From an uncultured Chloroflexia bacterium (GTDB lineage Bacteria; Chloroflexota; Limnocylindria; Limnocylindrales; CSP1-4), in assembly GCA_963707215.1 (NCBI GenBank), contig CAVPPB010000001.1:640001-704000 (forward strand): DNA of 64,000 bases. The letters run 5' to 3'. Positions within the stretch are counted from its first letter, which is position 1; each line of letters begins with the position of its first letter. Made by a program: the position numbers and the translations under genes. The notes below the pieces were generated by a model. The model did no database searches. It was not told where the DNA came from and was given only the letters and a program-made list of their open reading frames with translations. Positions 31,960 through 42,032 of this stretch are shown piece by piece.

Positions 31960-32579
31960 GCCAGCCACCCGGATCGGGTCCGTTCGAGCAGCTCGTCGCG
32001 GCCGACCCGGTGCCCGACGATGCGGTGCCTTCCGCGTCACTCGCGCGCGTCCACGCGAGGATCGAGGAGTCCATCGCCATGGCCACGTCCAGTCCCTCCC
32101 CGAACCGCCGCCTCGCGGGCTTCGCGCTCATCGGCGTCAGCGCCGTGGCCGTGGGGGCCCTCGCCGTCGCCGGTCTCACGGGTCTGTTCGCCGGACCCAC
32201 CGCCACGCCACCGGTGGCGGGCGGGCCCACGCCAGCCGCATCCGAGGACCCCGCGGCCGGTGGCGGGGGCATGGCGAGCTGCCTCGCCTTCGACCCGGCG
32301 ACCCTCGCGGCCCAGGAGTTCGCCTTCGACGGGACGGTGACCGCGATCGACGGCGACCAGGTCACCTTCGAGATCGCCACGCTCTATGCCGGGACCGGCG
32401 ACGGGACGATCACGGTGACGGACCAGTCGGCGGGCATCTCGCTCGATGGCGGGCCGGAGTACGCCGTCGGCGGGCGCTACCTCGTCAGCGGCAACGAGGG
32501 TCTCGCCTGGGCCTGCGGCTATTCGGTCGAGTGGACGGCGGACGACGCCGCCACCTGGGACGCGGCCTTCGGAGCCTGA
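31956..32579 (+). CDS. single-TM putative anti-sigma factor
   Basis: ATGA overlap with the sigma gene; TM helix; extracytoplasmic domain with a Cys pair (ASC...WACG). Confidence 0.65.
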   Translation: MSQPPGSGPFEQLVAADPVPDDAVPSASLARVHARIEESIAMATSSPSPNRRLAGFALIGVSAVAVGALAVAGLTGLFAGPTATPPVAGGPTPAASEDPAAGGGGMASCLAFDPATLAAQEFAFDGTVTAIDGDQVTFEIATLYAGTGDGTITVTDQSAGISLDGGPEYAVGGRYLVSGNEGLAWACGYSVEWTADDAATWDAAFGA

Positions 32580-32620
32580 TCGGGTCCATGACGCGGGCCT
32601 CGGGCGATGCTCGGGGCCCG

Positions 32621-33550
32621 CTAGGCCGTCTCGAGGCCCTCGAAGCGCCGAGAGACCAGCGTCCCGGCGCTGCCGTCCAGCAGGCCCTGGGCGTCCGGCA
32701 ACGCCCCGATCGCGGCCGTCCCGCTGGATGCCCTGGCGAACTCGATGGCCGCCTCGACCTTGGGCCCCATCGAGCCGGCCGCGAAGGAGAGCTCCTCGAT
32801 GGCATCGGGATGGGCCCGGGCGATCCGGCGCTCGCCCGGCGTGCCCCAGTCGAGGTAGACCCCGTCGACGTCGGTCAGCATCAGGAATGCATGGGCGTGG
32901 AGCGACCGCGCGAGGAGGGACCCGGCCCGGTCCTTGTCGATCACCGCCTCGACCCCCACGAGGCTGCCGTCCTCGAGGAACATCGTCGGGATCCCGCCGC
33001 CCCCGGCGCAGATCACGATGACCCCCTGGCGGACGAGGAGCTCGATGACCCGGATCTCGAAGATCCGCCGCGGCAGGGGCGAGGGAACGACCCGGCGCCA
33101 ATGCTGGTTGTCCGGCGCGATGACCCAGCCCCGCTCCGCGGCCAGCCGCTCCGCCTCCTCCTTCGAGTAGATCGGTCCGATCGGCTTGGTCGGGTGCTGG
33201 AAGGCGGGGTCCCGAGGCGACACCTCGATCTGGGTCAGGATCGTGGCGAAGGGCTGGTCGGGGTGGAGCAGGTTGCCGAGCTCCTGCTCCAGGAGATAGC
33301 CGATCATCCCCTCGGACTCGGCCCCCAGGACGTCGAGGGGATACATCTCGACCTCCGTGTAGGCAGCCGATTGGAGCGCCAGCAGGCCGACCTGCGGCCC
33401 GTTGCCGTGGGTGATGACCAGCTGCTGGGAATCGGCGATCGGCGCCAGGGCCCGGGCCGCGACCCGGACGTTCTCGCGCTGGTTCTCCGCCGTCATGGCC
33501 TGACCCCGCCGAAGCAGGGCATTGCCTCCGAGTGCCGCAACGACTCGCAT
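32621..33550 (-). CDS. arcC: carbamate kinase
   Basis: [50 protein letters not shown]. Confidence 0.95.
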   Translation of the reverse strand: MRVVAALGGNALLRRGQAMTAENQRENVRVAARALAPIADSQQLVITHGNGPQVGLLALQSAAYTEVEMYPLDVLGAESEGMIGYLLEQELGNLLHPDQPFATILTQIEVSPRDPAFQHPTKPIGPIYSKEEAERLAAERGWVIAPDNQHWRRVVPSPLPRRIFEIRVIELLVRQGVIVICAGGGGIPTMFLEDGSLVGVEAVIDKDRAGSLLARSLHAHAFLMLTDVDGVYLDWGTPGERRIARAHPDAIEELSFAAGSMGPKVEAAIEFARASSGTAAIGALPDAQGLLDGSAGTLVSRRFEGLETA

Positions 33551-33669
33551 GGAGGGCATCGTGCCGGGATGACGGGGGCGACGCAACGGGCCGGTCGGCC
33601 CGGCCCGACGGCCCGGACGGCCCCGCGGGGCCGGAGCCCGATCCGCCGATCGGCTCGACTGATCGGACG

Positions 33670-34023
33670 CTAGATCCTGACGATCCGGTCGAGATCGACG
33701 ACCAGGACCGTGGCCCCACCGTGGGCCACCGTCTGGGCCTTCCAATCGGCCAGCCGATCCAGGAGCACCAGCGGGACCTCGACCTCGCGAGGGTGGGAGA
33801 CGCTCTCGAGTGTTCTGAGCGCCTGCTCCACCTCGTCGTCGGCCACCGCCATGAGGTACGTCTCGTTGGGCTCGCCGAGGAAGCCGCCGAACGACGGGAT
33901 CCTGGTGAACCGGATCCTGGCATCACGAAGCCCGTCAGCGACGGCCTCGGCGTCGTCGTGATGGACGATGGCCACGAGGAGCTTCTGGGTGGGCGCGCCC
34001 TGGCCGGCGACGTCTTCGCTCAT
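33670..34023 (-). CDS. cyclic-di-AMP receptor, PII-like (DarA/PstA family)
   Basis: KLLVAIV, GGFL, N-x-T, GGATVLV motifs. Confidence 0.85.
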   Translation of the reverse strand: MSEDVAGQGAPTQKLLVAIVHHDDAEAVADGLRDARIRFTRIPSFGGFLGEPNETYLMAVADDEVEQALRTLESVSHPREVEVPLVLLDRLADWKAQTVAHGGATVLVVDLDRIVRI

Positions 34024-34054
34024 GGCGTCAGGATACCCGCCCGCTCGCCGGCCG

Positions 34055-34405
34055 GCGACCTTGCCGCAGCGCAGCTCGGCCACCGGACGTCGGCCGGGTG
34101 CCGGATGCCCCCCGACGGTCTCGGGCCGGTCCCCGTCACCCGACCCGCTCCCCTCTCCGGGATCCGCCCTGGACAGCCAGCGGGCGGAACGAACCCGACG
34201 CCTCCGCATCCTCCTCGCGAGCCACCAGGAGCCGGTCCTCGCGGAGCCAGCGTTCTCGTTCGAAGTCGAGGAAGACCGGGTGGTGGTAGTCCCGCCCCGG
34301 CAGCAGCGAGGCGCCCCGGAACGGCCGCCGGATGGCTGCCAGCTCCCGGGCCGTCAGCAGCGACACCGCCGGTTCGACGGCGGGCGCGGTTCGGGATCCA
34401 GTCAT
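34055..34405 (-). pseudogene. decayed N-terminal copy of Rieske oxygenase alpha subunit
   Basis: AIRRPFRGASLLPGRDYHHP...VAREE matches AIRRPFRGATLLPARAYHDP...VGREE of gene 36252-37571; stop at 34136. Confidence 0.75.
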
Positions 34406-34528
34406 GGGACGCGTGACTCCCTGGGATGTCTGAGCCGACGATGATGGGCTCTGCCGCCGGTCGCGCCGATCCGTCGATGCGCGCTGCAGGTCAACGGCCG
34501 GCAGCCCGGGCTGGCAGACTACGCGCCG

Positions 34529-36217
34529 ATGGACGCCCTGCGAGGCCGCCTTCGAACGACCTGGCGGGTGATCGCCGAGGTCCTCGCGAACCCACGCCTC
34601 CGCCGCCTCCTGCTGGCGTTTCTGGCGTTCAACGCCGTCGAGTACGGGGCCTGGGTCGGGATCCTCCTGTACGCCTACGAAGCGACCGGCCCGACCTCGG
34701 TCGGCATCGTCGCCCTCGCCCAGCTCCTGCCGGCGGCGCTCGTCGCCCCCATCGCCGGGACCCTCGGGGACCGCTACCCGAGACTCCGGGTGCTCGCCCT
34801 CGGCTACCTGGCCCTCGGGTTCCTGCTCCTGCTGACCGCCGGCGGGATGCTGGCGGGCTGGGAACCGCTCGTCGTCTATGCCCTGGCGATCGCCGCCGGG
34901 ATGTCGCTCACGGTCGCCCGGCCGACGCACAACGCGCTCCTGCCGGCCCTGGCGCGGACGACTGAGGAGCTGACGGCCGCGAACGCCGCCACGACCATCG
35001 CCGAGGCGGGGGGGATCCTGGGCGGACCGCTGCTGGCAGCGCTGATCCTGGCCGTCGCCGGGCCGGGCGAGGTGCTCCTGGTGCTGGCGGCCACGATGCT
35101 GGCGGGGGCGCTCCTCGTCCTGACCCTGCGCACCGTCGGGCCCGTCGCCGACGCGGCGCCGGCCGTCACGCTCGGGCCGGTCGCCCCGGAGGGCGAGAGC
35201 GTGTTCGCCGGGTTCCGGGTGCTCGCTGCGGACCGCGACGCTCGGTTGATCGTCGGGGTCCTGGCCGCACGGACGTTGATGATCGGGATCACCGACGTCC
35301 TCTTCGTCCTCGTGGCCCTCGAGCTGTTCGAGACCGGCGAATCCGGGGCGGCGATCCTCTCCGCGGCGATGGGAGCCGGCGGGGTGGTCGGGGGTGCGAT
35401 GGCCTTCCTGCTCGTCGGGCAGCCGCGCATCGCTCCGATCATCGGTCTCTGCGCTGTCGTCTGGGGTGGGGCGTTCGCGATCATGGGCCTGGCCGGCTCG
35501 GGCGGGCTCGCGCCGCTCCTGCTGGTCGTGGGCGGGACGGGCCTGGCCATCCTCGACGTCGCCGGCCGGACCATCCTCCAGCGCGCCGTCCGCGACGAGG
35601 TCCTGGCCCGGGTCTTCGGCGTCCTCGAGGGGCTCAACATGGCCGCCCTTGCCCTCGGCTCCGTCCTCGTCTCGCTCGTCACGGGGCTCATCGACCTGCG
35701 CGCGGCCGTCATCGTGTTCGCCGCCTTCCTGCCCCTCGCCATCGGCCTGGCCTTCCCGTGGCTCCGGGCCGTGGACCGACGGGCCATCGTGCCGAGCCGG
35801 GCGCTCGCCCTGCTGCGAGGCCTGCAGCTCTTCGAGGCCCTCGATCCCCCGGTCCTGGAAGGCCTGGCCCGCTCGGCGACCTGGCTGTCACCCCCGGCGG
35901 GCGACGTCGTCATCCGCGAGGGCGATCACGGCGACCGCTACTACGTCCTCGAGACCGGCACTGTCCGGATCACCCGCGAGGGGCGGTACGTCAACGATCT
36001 CGATACGCCCGGCGAGGGCTTCGGCGAGATCGCCCTCCTCCGCGACGTCCCGCGGACGGCGACGGTCACCACCCTCCGCGATTCGACGCTCCTGGCGCTC
36101 GGACGGGAGACGTTCCTGAACGCCGTCTGCCACCCGGCGGCCCACGCGGAGGCCCACCGGATCGCCGACTCGCGCATGGCCGACCCGGCCGCGGATCCGA
36201 CCGGCCCGGAGCACTGA
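34529..36217 (+). CDS. MFS transporter fused to cyclic nucleotide-binding domain
   Basis: About 12 TM segments, GTLGDRYPR; C-terminal VIREGDHGDRYY...FGEIALLRDVPRTATV. Confidence 0.9.
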   Translation: MDALRGRLRTTWRVIAEVLANPRLRRLLLAFLAFNAVEYGAWVGILLYAYEATGPTSVGIVALAQLLPAALVAPIAGTLGDRYPRLRVLALGYLALGFLLLLTAGGMLAGWEPLVVYALAIAAGMSLTVARPTHNALLPALARTTEELTAANAATTIAEAGGILGGPLLAALILAVAGPGEVLLVLAATMLAGALLVLTLRTVGPVADAAPAVTLGPVAPEGESVFAGFRVLAADRDARLIVGVLAARTLMIGITDVLFVLVALELFETGESGAAILSAAMGAGGVVGGAMAFLLVGQPRIAPIIGLCAVVWGGAFAIMGLAGSGGLAPLLLVVGGTGLAILDVAGRTILQRAVRDEVLARVFGVLEGLNMAALALGSVLVSLVTGLIDLRAAVIVFAAFLPLAIGLAFPWLRAVDRRAIVPSRALALLRGLQLFEALDPPVLEGLARSATWLSPPAGDVVIREGDHGDRYYVLETGTVRITREGRYVNDLDTPGEGFGEIALLRDVPRTATVTTLRDSTLLALGRETFLNAVCHPAAHAEAHRIADSRMADPAADPTGPEH

Positions 36218-36251
36218 GGGACGCCCTCGCCGCCAGGCCCGCCGTGGCGGG

Positions 36252-37571
36252 TCAGGCCGTGCCGGGCTCCCCGTCGCTGTCGGGCGCGACCGGCACCGGG
36301 ACCGATGGCGGAGCGCCGCCGTTGCGGCCGACCGCCCGGGCCTTCAGGCGCCTGGACTCGGCACCCTCGATCTCGGTCCGCCAGCCTCGGCCGGTCCGCC
36401 CCCCGTCGGCCGCGTACCGGTCGATGACCATCAGGTCGAAGGCGTGGACCGACGCCTCCTGGTTGGAGTACCGCCCCGCCGTCCAGCTCCGCGACCGGGT
36501 CCCGGTCTGCTGCATCTCGACGACGTGGTAGTCCTCCTTGTTGGTGATGTCCCAGAACTCGACGGCTCCCGACACGTCGACCCGACCGACGTCGTCGGCG
36601 TCGACGTAGAGGTCGCAGTGGACGATGGAGCGGTTCGGCCCGGCCGGCATGGCGTGGTGGGTGAGGACGTAGTCGGGGTGGACCGAGACGATGAGGTTCG
36701 GCCACAGGATGTAGTAGAAGATCCGCCGGCTCTCGACCTCGTCGCGGGCGTAGAGCAGCGGTCGTCCGTTGCGCTGCCCGTCGATCGACATCGTCTCGCA
36801 GCCGTCCGCGAAGACCATCCAGCCGCCCTTCCAGGGGCCCTCGGCCACGAAGTCCTCACCCAGGTCGTACGGCGTCAGCTTGTTGAGCAGCGGGTGGACC
36901 GGCGGGCAGTGGTAGCACTCCGAGTAGTTCTCGGCCACGATCTTCCAGTTGGCGGCCACCTCGTACTCGAGGCGGGCGGCCCGGCGGAGTCGCGACATGT
37001 CCCGGCCGAAGTCGTCGTGGTGATCGAACCAGTCCCCCATGAAGTCCCGGAGCGGCGGGGTCGTGGCCTCGTCGGCGAAGCAGAGGAAGACGAAGCCGCC
37101 CCAGGTCTCGCAGCGGATGGGGTTCAGGCCGTAGGTCTCGAGGCTGAAGTCCTCCAGGTCCTCGGTGTGCTTGGCCCGGATGAGCCGCCCGTCGAGGTCG
37201 TAGATCCAGGCGTGGTAGGGGCACTGGAAGCGGACCGCAGTGCCGCACTCGCGCTCCTCCACCGCGGTGCCCCGGTGGCGGCAGACGTTGTAGAAGGCCC
37301 GCAGGACCCCGTCGCGGCCGCGGACGAGGATGACCGACTCCCCGAGATGATCGCGCAGCACGAAGGCTCCCGGTTCGGCGACCTCCTCCTCGCGCCCCAC
37401 GACGACCCAGTCCCGGAAGAAGATGTGCTCCACCTCCCAGGCGTAGACCTCAGGGTCGTGGTACGCGCGGGCCGGCAGGAGCGTGGCCCCCCGGAACGGG
37501 CGACGGATCGCCTCGATCTCGGCGGCCGAGAACGGCGCCGGTGGGTGGAGGTGGCGGGACGCGACGGTCAT
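36252..37571 (-). CDS. Rieske non-heme iron oxygenase alpha subunit (GbcA/choline monooxygenase-like)
   Basis: NVCRHRG, CPYHAW, NWK...ENYSECYHCPPVHP, EDY. Confidence 0.9.
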   Translation of the reverse strand: MTVASRHLHPPAPFSAAEIEAIRRPFRGATLLPARAYHDPEVYAWEVEHIFFRDWVVVGREEEVAEPGAFVLRDHLGESVILVRGRDGVLRAFYNVCRHRGTAVEERECGTAVRFQCPYHAWIYDLDGRLIRAKHTEDLEDFSLETYGLNPIRCETWGGFVFLCFADEATTPPLRDFMGDWFDHHDDFGRDMSRLRRAARLEYEVAANWKIVAENYSECYHCPPVHPLLNKLTPYDLGEDFVAEGPWKGGWMVFADGCETMSIDGQRNGRPLLYARDEVESRRIFYYILWPNLIVSVHPDYVLTHHAMPAGPNRSIVHCDLYVDADDVGRVDVSGAVEFWDITNKEDYHVVEMQQTGTRSRSWTAGRYSNQEASVHAFDLMVIDRYAADGGRTGRGWRTEIEGAESRRLKARAVGRNGGAPPSVPVPVAPDSDGEPGTA

Positions 37572-37701
37572 CGGCCGGGAGTCTAGCGCGCGGGCGGGGC
37601 GGGCGCGGATGGACGGGAACCGACGTCCCGTCTGATGCGCCGCGGTTGCGCCATCCGGACCGTAGCCTGGGGCGGGCCGGAGATGATGCTCGATCCGTGG
37701 C

Positions 37702-39297
37702 TCAGTCGAGGACCACCCGTTGGCGCCATCGTGGGACGAGCGTCTCGTAGCCCAGCGCCCGAACCTTCGGCTCGACCGCGACCTGGGCCTCCGGATCGCC
37801 GTGGACCAGGAAGACGCGGCGCGGCACGCCCGGATCGCCTGGTCGTCGGCCATGGATGAAGCCCTCGAGCCAGTCCAGGAGCTCCGATTCGTCGGCATGG
37901 GCCGAGAAGCCGCTGATCGTCCGGATCGCACAGCGGACGGTCCGCTCCCGGCCGTCGAGGCGGATCGTCCCGGCTCCGGCCTGGAGATGTGCCCCCAGCG
38001 TCCCCTCCCCCTGGTAGCCGACGAACAGCAGCACGGCGTCCGGGTCGTCGATCAGGTCGCGGAGATGGGCCAGCACCCGCCCACCGGTGAGCATGCCGCT
38101 GGAGGCCACGATCATGTACGGCCGGCGGGCCCGGGCGATGGCCTTCGACTGGGCGGCTCGGTTGGTGACCTGCTGGCGCGGGTAGTCGAGCGGCGACGAG
38201 CCCGTCTCGAGGAGCCGCCGGGTGGTCTCGTCGAAGTAGCCGGCGTGGCGCCGGTAGATGGAGGTCGCCTCGGAGGCCATCGGTGAATCCAGGAAGAGGG
38301 GCAGGAGCGGGATCTCGCCGGCCTCGATGAGCCGGTCGAGGGTCCAGACGAGCTCCTGGGTCCGGCCGATCGCGAAGGCGGGCACCAGGAGGACCCCGTC
38401 CTGCTCGGCGACCAGGCGGACCGTCTCGGCCAGGACGCGGATCGCGTCGCGCTGGGGCCCGTGCTCCCGGCCGCCGTACGTCGACTCACAGACGACGTAG
38501 TCGGCGTGGCTGACGGCGGTCGGGTCCCGGATGATCGGCGTGTTCGGTCGGCCCAGGTCGCCCGAGAAGACGATCGTCCGCTCCGGCCGATCGCCCTCGG
38601 CCTCGAGGCGGAGGCGGACGATGGCCGAGCCCAGGATGTGCCCGGCATCGAGGAGCGTGGCGTGGGCGCCCGGGGCCACCTCGCGCTCGTTCTCGTACGG
38701 GAGGCCCCGGAAGCGGGCGACCGCCCGGCGAGCGTCGGCCTCGGTGTAGAGCGGTGCGTCGAGGTCGACCTCGGCCTCGGGGCCGCCGGCCCGCAGCTCG
38801 GCCTCGAGGTCGCGGCCGTCCGTGGCGGCGCCGGCCCGGTCGTCGTTCGGGGCGGTCCCGTCGACCGCCCCACCGGCCTCGGCGAGCTCGACGGCGTCCT
38901 CGAACGCCTCGAGGTCGCGTCGCTCGCGCTCGGCAGCCTGCTCGGGATCGCGTCGCTCGCGACGCTCCGCGCGGTCGGCGAACTCCTCCTGGAGGCGACC
39001 CGAGTCCCGCAGCACGAGCTCGGCCAGCTCCACCGTCCCGTCGGTCGCATGGATGGATCCACGGAAGCCCTCGCGGACCAGGACCGGGACGAGGCCGCAG
39101 TGGTCGAGATGGGCGTGGGTCAGGACGACCGCGTCGATCGTGGCCGGGTCGTAGGCGAAGGGGACCCGGTTGCGGATCGCCTCGTGAGGGCCGCCCTGGA
39201 ACATCCCGCAATCGACGAGGACCCGTGCCCGCTCCGTCTCGAGGAGGAACTGCGAGCCGGTGACCGTCGTCGCCCCGCCCAGGAAGTGGAGGTCCAT
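37702..39297 (-). CDS. MBL/beta-CASP ribonuclease
   Basis: THAHLDH, AGHILGS, FSGDLG, ESTYG, FAIGRTQE, FSAHAD, LVHG. Confidence 0.92.
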   Translation of the reverse strand: MDLHFLGGATTVTGSQFLLETERARVLVDCGMFQGGPHEAIRNRVPFAYDPATIDAVVLTHAHLDHCGLVPVLVREGFRGSIHATDGTVELAELVLRDSGRLQEEFADRAERRERRDPEQAAERERRDLEAFEDAVELAEAGGAVDGTAPNDDRAGAATDGRDLEAELRAGGPEAEVDLDAPLYTEADARRAVARFRGLPYENEREVAPGAHATLLDAGHILGSAIVRLRLEAEGDRPERTIVFSGDLGRPNTPIIRDPTAVSHADYVVCESTYGGREHGPQRDAIRVLAETVRLVAEQDGVLLVPAFAIGRTQELVWTLDRLIEAGEIPLLPLFLDSPMASEATSIYRRHAGYFDETTRRLLETGSSPLDYPRQQVTNRAAQSKAIARARRPYMIVASSGMLTGGRVLAHLRDLIDDPDAVLLFVGYQGEGTLGAHLQAGAGTIRLDGRERTVRCAIRTISGFSAHADESELLDWLEGFIHGRRPGDPGVPRRVFLVHGDPEAQVAVEPKVRALGYETLVPRWRQRVVLD

Positions 39298-39373
39298 CGG
39301 GACGATGGTGGCAGAACCGGGCCCGGCCTGCGCCAGCCGGCCGGAAGAGCACGGCTGCGCTATCGTCGGGGCC

Positions 39374-40073
39374 ATGATCCCGCCCAGGGCCCTGCTGGTC
39401 GACGCCGGCGGAACGCTCGTCCTGCCCGATCACGCCACGGTCCTCGAGGTCCTCCGGACCATCGGTATCACCGTCGAACCCGCGCGCCTCGATGACGCCC
39501 ACTACGCCGGGATGGCCGCCTTCGATCGGCTCCCGACCAACGACGATGGCGCCGCACTCGTGTACCGCCGTGCCTACGCGGAAGCGGCCGGGGTGTCGGC
39601 CGACCGGGTCGACGATGCGGTGACCGCGTTCAGCCGGTTGTCGGCGACCCGCGGCCACTGGGTCCGGCCGATCCCGGGTGCCCGGGATGCCCTGGAAGCC
39701 GCCAGGCGGGCCGGCTTGCCCATCGCCATCGTCTCGAACACCGAGCGTGGCGACGCCGCCGAGCAGATCGCCAGGGCCGGCATCTGCCAGGTGGGCCCCG
39801 GGGCAGGCGTGCCGGTCGAGGTGGTCGTCGAATTCGGCGATCCTGGGCCGGGCCAAGCCGGATGCGGCGATGTTCACGACCGCCCTGGCGGCTCTCGGCC
39901 TGCCGGCGGACGCGGCGATCCACGTCGGCGATTCGCTGCTGGCCGACATTCGGGGGGCCGAGCGGGTCGGCGTCGAACCGATCCACATCGATCCGCTGGA
40001 CCGATGCCCGGACCGCACGCACCGGCACATCGCCTCGATCGCCGACCTGCCGGCGATCATCGGTCTCACGTGA
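39374..40073 (+). CDS. HAD-IA hydrolase (frameshifted near 39831)
   Basis: DAGGTL, IVSNT, then KPD...HVGDSLLADI in the next frame; extra A in GTCGAATTCG. Confidence 0.8.
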
Positions 40074-40114
40074 CGACCGGGATCCCGACCGACGCCGTCG
40101 GCTAGGCTGACCCG

Positions 40115-41317
40115 ATGCAGGCATTGATCCTCACCAACGAGTACCCGCCGAACGTCTACGGCGGGGCCGGGGTCCACGTGGAGTACCTCGTCCGCGAGCT
40201 GGCCAGGCTCATCGATGTCGACGTGCGGACCTTCGGCGAGCAGGACCAGCCCGGCCCGCCGCTCCGCGTCCGCGGCTACCCGACCCGCCTGGGGCTCGAG
40301 GCGACGCCGGAACCGCTGCGGCCGCTGCTCCGAGCCCTCGACCGCGACCTCGGCTTCGTGGCCGACCCGATCGCCGCCGACGTGGTCCACTGCCACACCT
40401 GGTACACGCACCTCGGCGGGATCCTGGCCAGGCTGGCCTACGGGATCCCGCTGATCGTCACGACCCATTCACTCGAACCGCTTCGGCCCTGGAAGCGGGA
40501 GCAGCTCGGCGGCGGTTACGACGTCTCGACCTGGGTCGAGCGGACCGCGATCGAGATGGCCGACGCCATCGTCGCGGTCAGTGAGGGGACCCGCCTGGAC
40601 GTCCTCGGCAACTTCGACGTCGACCCGGGACGGGTGCACGTGATCCACAACGGCATCGACACCGCCGAGTACCGGCCGGTGCCGGAGACCGACGCCCTCG
40701 AGCGCTACGGGATCGACCCGGCCGTGCCGTACGTCCTCTTCGTCGGGCGGATCACCCGCCAGAAGGGCATCGTCCACCTCGTCCGGGCGATCCGGCACCT
40801 CGCGCCGGGCTACCAGGTCGTCCTCTGCGCCGGCGCCCCGGACACCAGGGAGATCGCCGCCGAGATGGAAGCCGCCGTCGCCGAGGCCCGGGCCGGGCGC
40901 GAGGGGATCGTCTGGATCGCCGAGATGGTCGACAAGCCGACCGTCCGCCAGCTCTACGGCCACGCCGCGGTCTTCTGCTGTCCCTCGGTCTACGAGCCGT
41001 TCGGGATCATCAATCTCGAGGCGATGGCTTGCGAGACCGCCGTCGTGGCGAGCGCCGTCGGGGGCATCCCCGAGGTGGTCGTGCCGGGCGAGACGGGCTT
41101 GCTCGTGCCGTTCGAGCCGGCCGGCGCGGGCTCGTTCGAGCCGCGCGATCCCGAGCGCTTCGAGCGGGACCTGGCCGTGGCCGTCGACGCGCTCATGGCC
41201 GACCCGGCCCGGCGCGAGGCGATGGGCATCGCCGGTCGGGCCCGGGCCGTCGAGCACTTCAGCTGGGCCGCCATCGCCCGGCAGACCGTCGACCTCTACG
41301 CATCCCTCATCGACTGA
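40115..41317 (+). CDS. glgA: GT4 glycogen synthase / maltose-1-phosphate synthase (GlgM type)
   Basis: TNEYPPNVYGGAGVHV, HCHTWY, HSLEPLRPWKREQLG, VGRITRQKG, YEPFGIINLEA. Confidence 0.92.
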   Translation: MQALILTNEYPPNVYGGAGVHVEYLVRELARLIDVDVRTFGEQDQPGPPLRVRGYPTRLGLEATPEPLRPLLRALDRDLGFVADPIAADVVHCHTWYTHLGGILARLAYGIPLIVTTHSLEPLRPWKREQLGGGYDVSTWVERTAIEMADAIVAVSEGTRLDVLGNFDVDPGRVHVIHNGIDTAEYRPVPETDALERYGIDPAVPYVLFVGRITRQKGIVHLVRAIRHLAPGYQVVLCAGAPDTREIAAEMEAAVAEARAGREGIVWIAEMVDKPTVRQLYGHAAVFCCPSVYEPFGIINLEAMACETAVVASAVGGIPEVVVPGETGLLVPFEPAGAGSFEPRDPERFERDLAVAVDALMADPARREAMGIAGRARAVEHFSWAAIARQTVDLYASLID

Positions 41318-41329
41318 CGGCGCCGGCCG

Positions 41330-42019
41330 GTGCGTGAGCGCTTCGACCCACGCATTGCCCTCCCGCGCCTGCCGGGCCTCGTCCTCGGCCTCGTGCTGTT
41401 CGGATCCGGGATCGCCCTGATGGTCACCTCCGGACTCGGGCTGAGCCCCTGGGAGGTCCTCCACCAGGGCATCGCCGTGCGGACGGGGATCGCCATCGGG
41501 ACGGTCAGCATCGTGGTCGGATCCGTCGTCCTGCTCGCCTGGGTCCCCATCGGCGAGCGCCCCGGCATCGGGACGATCACCAACATCCTGCTCATCGGCA
41601 GCACGACCAACGTCGCCCTCGACCTGCTGCCGGATCTCGGTCCCTTCGCGCTCGAGTCGACGTCGCCCGTGGATCTCGGCGTCCGGGGCGCGCTGCTGGC
41701 CGGCGGGATCCTGCTGATCGGCCTCGGATCCGGGCTGTACCTCGGTGCCGACCTCGGCCCGGGCCCGCGGGATGGTCTCATGACCGGGCTCCACCGCCGC
41801 TTCGGCTGGTCCATCCGCCGGGTCCGGACGGCCCTGGAGATCGCCGTCCTCATCGTCGGGTTCGTGCTTGGCGGGACCGTCGGGCTCGGCACGGTGGTCT
41901 TCGCCCTGGCGATCGGCCCCCTCGTCCAGGCCGCCCTCGACCTGGTCGACCGCGAGGGTCGGCTCAGCCGGCGGCGCCGGGCCGAGATCGTCGCCGAGGG
42001 CGAACTCGTCGGGGAGTGA
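41330..42019 (+). CDS. YczE/YyaS/YitT family membrane protein
   Basis: LGLSPWEVLHQG, GPGPRDGLMTGL, GTVGLGT. Confidence 0.88.
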   Translation: MRERFDPRIALPRLPGLVLGLVLFGSGIALMVTSGLGLSPWEVLHQGIAVRTGIAIGTVSIVVGSVVLLAWVPIGERPGIGTITNILLIGSTTNVALDLLPDLGPFALESTSPVDLGVRGALLAGGILLIGLGSGLYLGADLGPGPRDGLMTGLHRRFGWSIRRVRTALEIAVLIVGFVLGGTVGLGTVVFALAIGPLVQAALDLVDREGRLSRRRRAEIVAEGELVGE

Positions 42020-42032
42020 CCGTCCCCGCGAC

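Noticed and set aside
39825-39840. Programmed frameshifting at the broken genes
   Set aside because: There are no slippery heptamers; single-base duplications fit sequencing error better.
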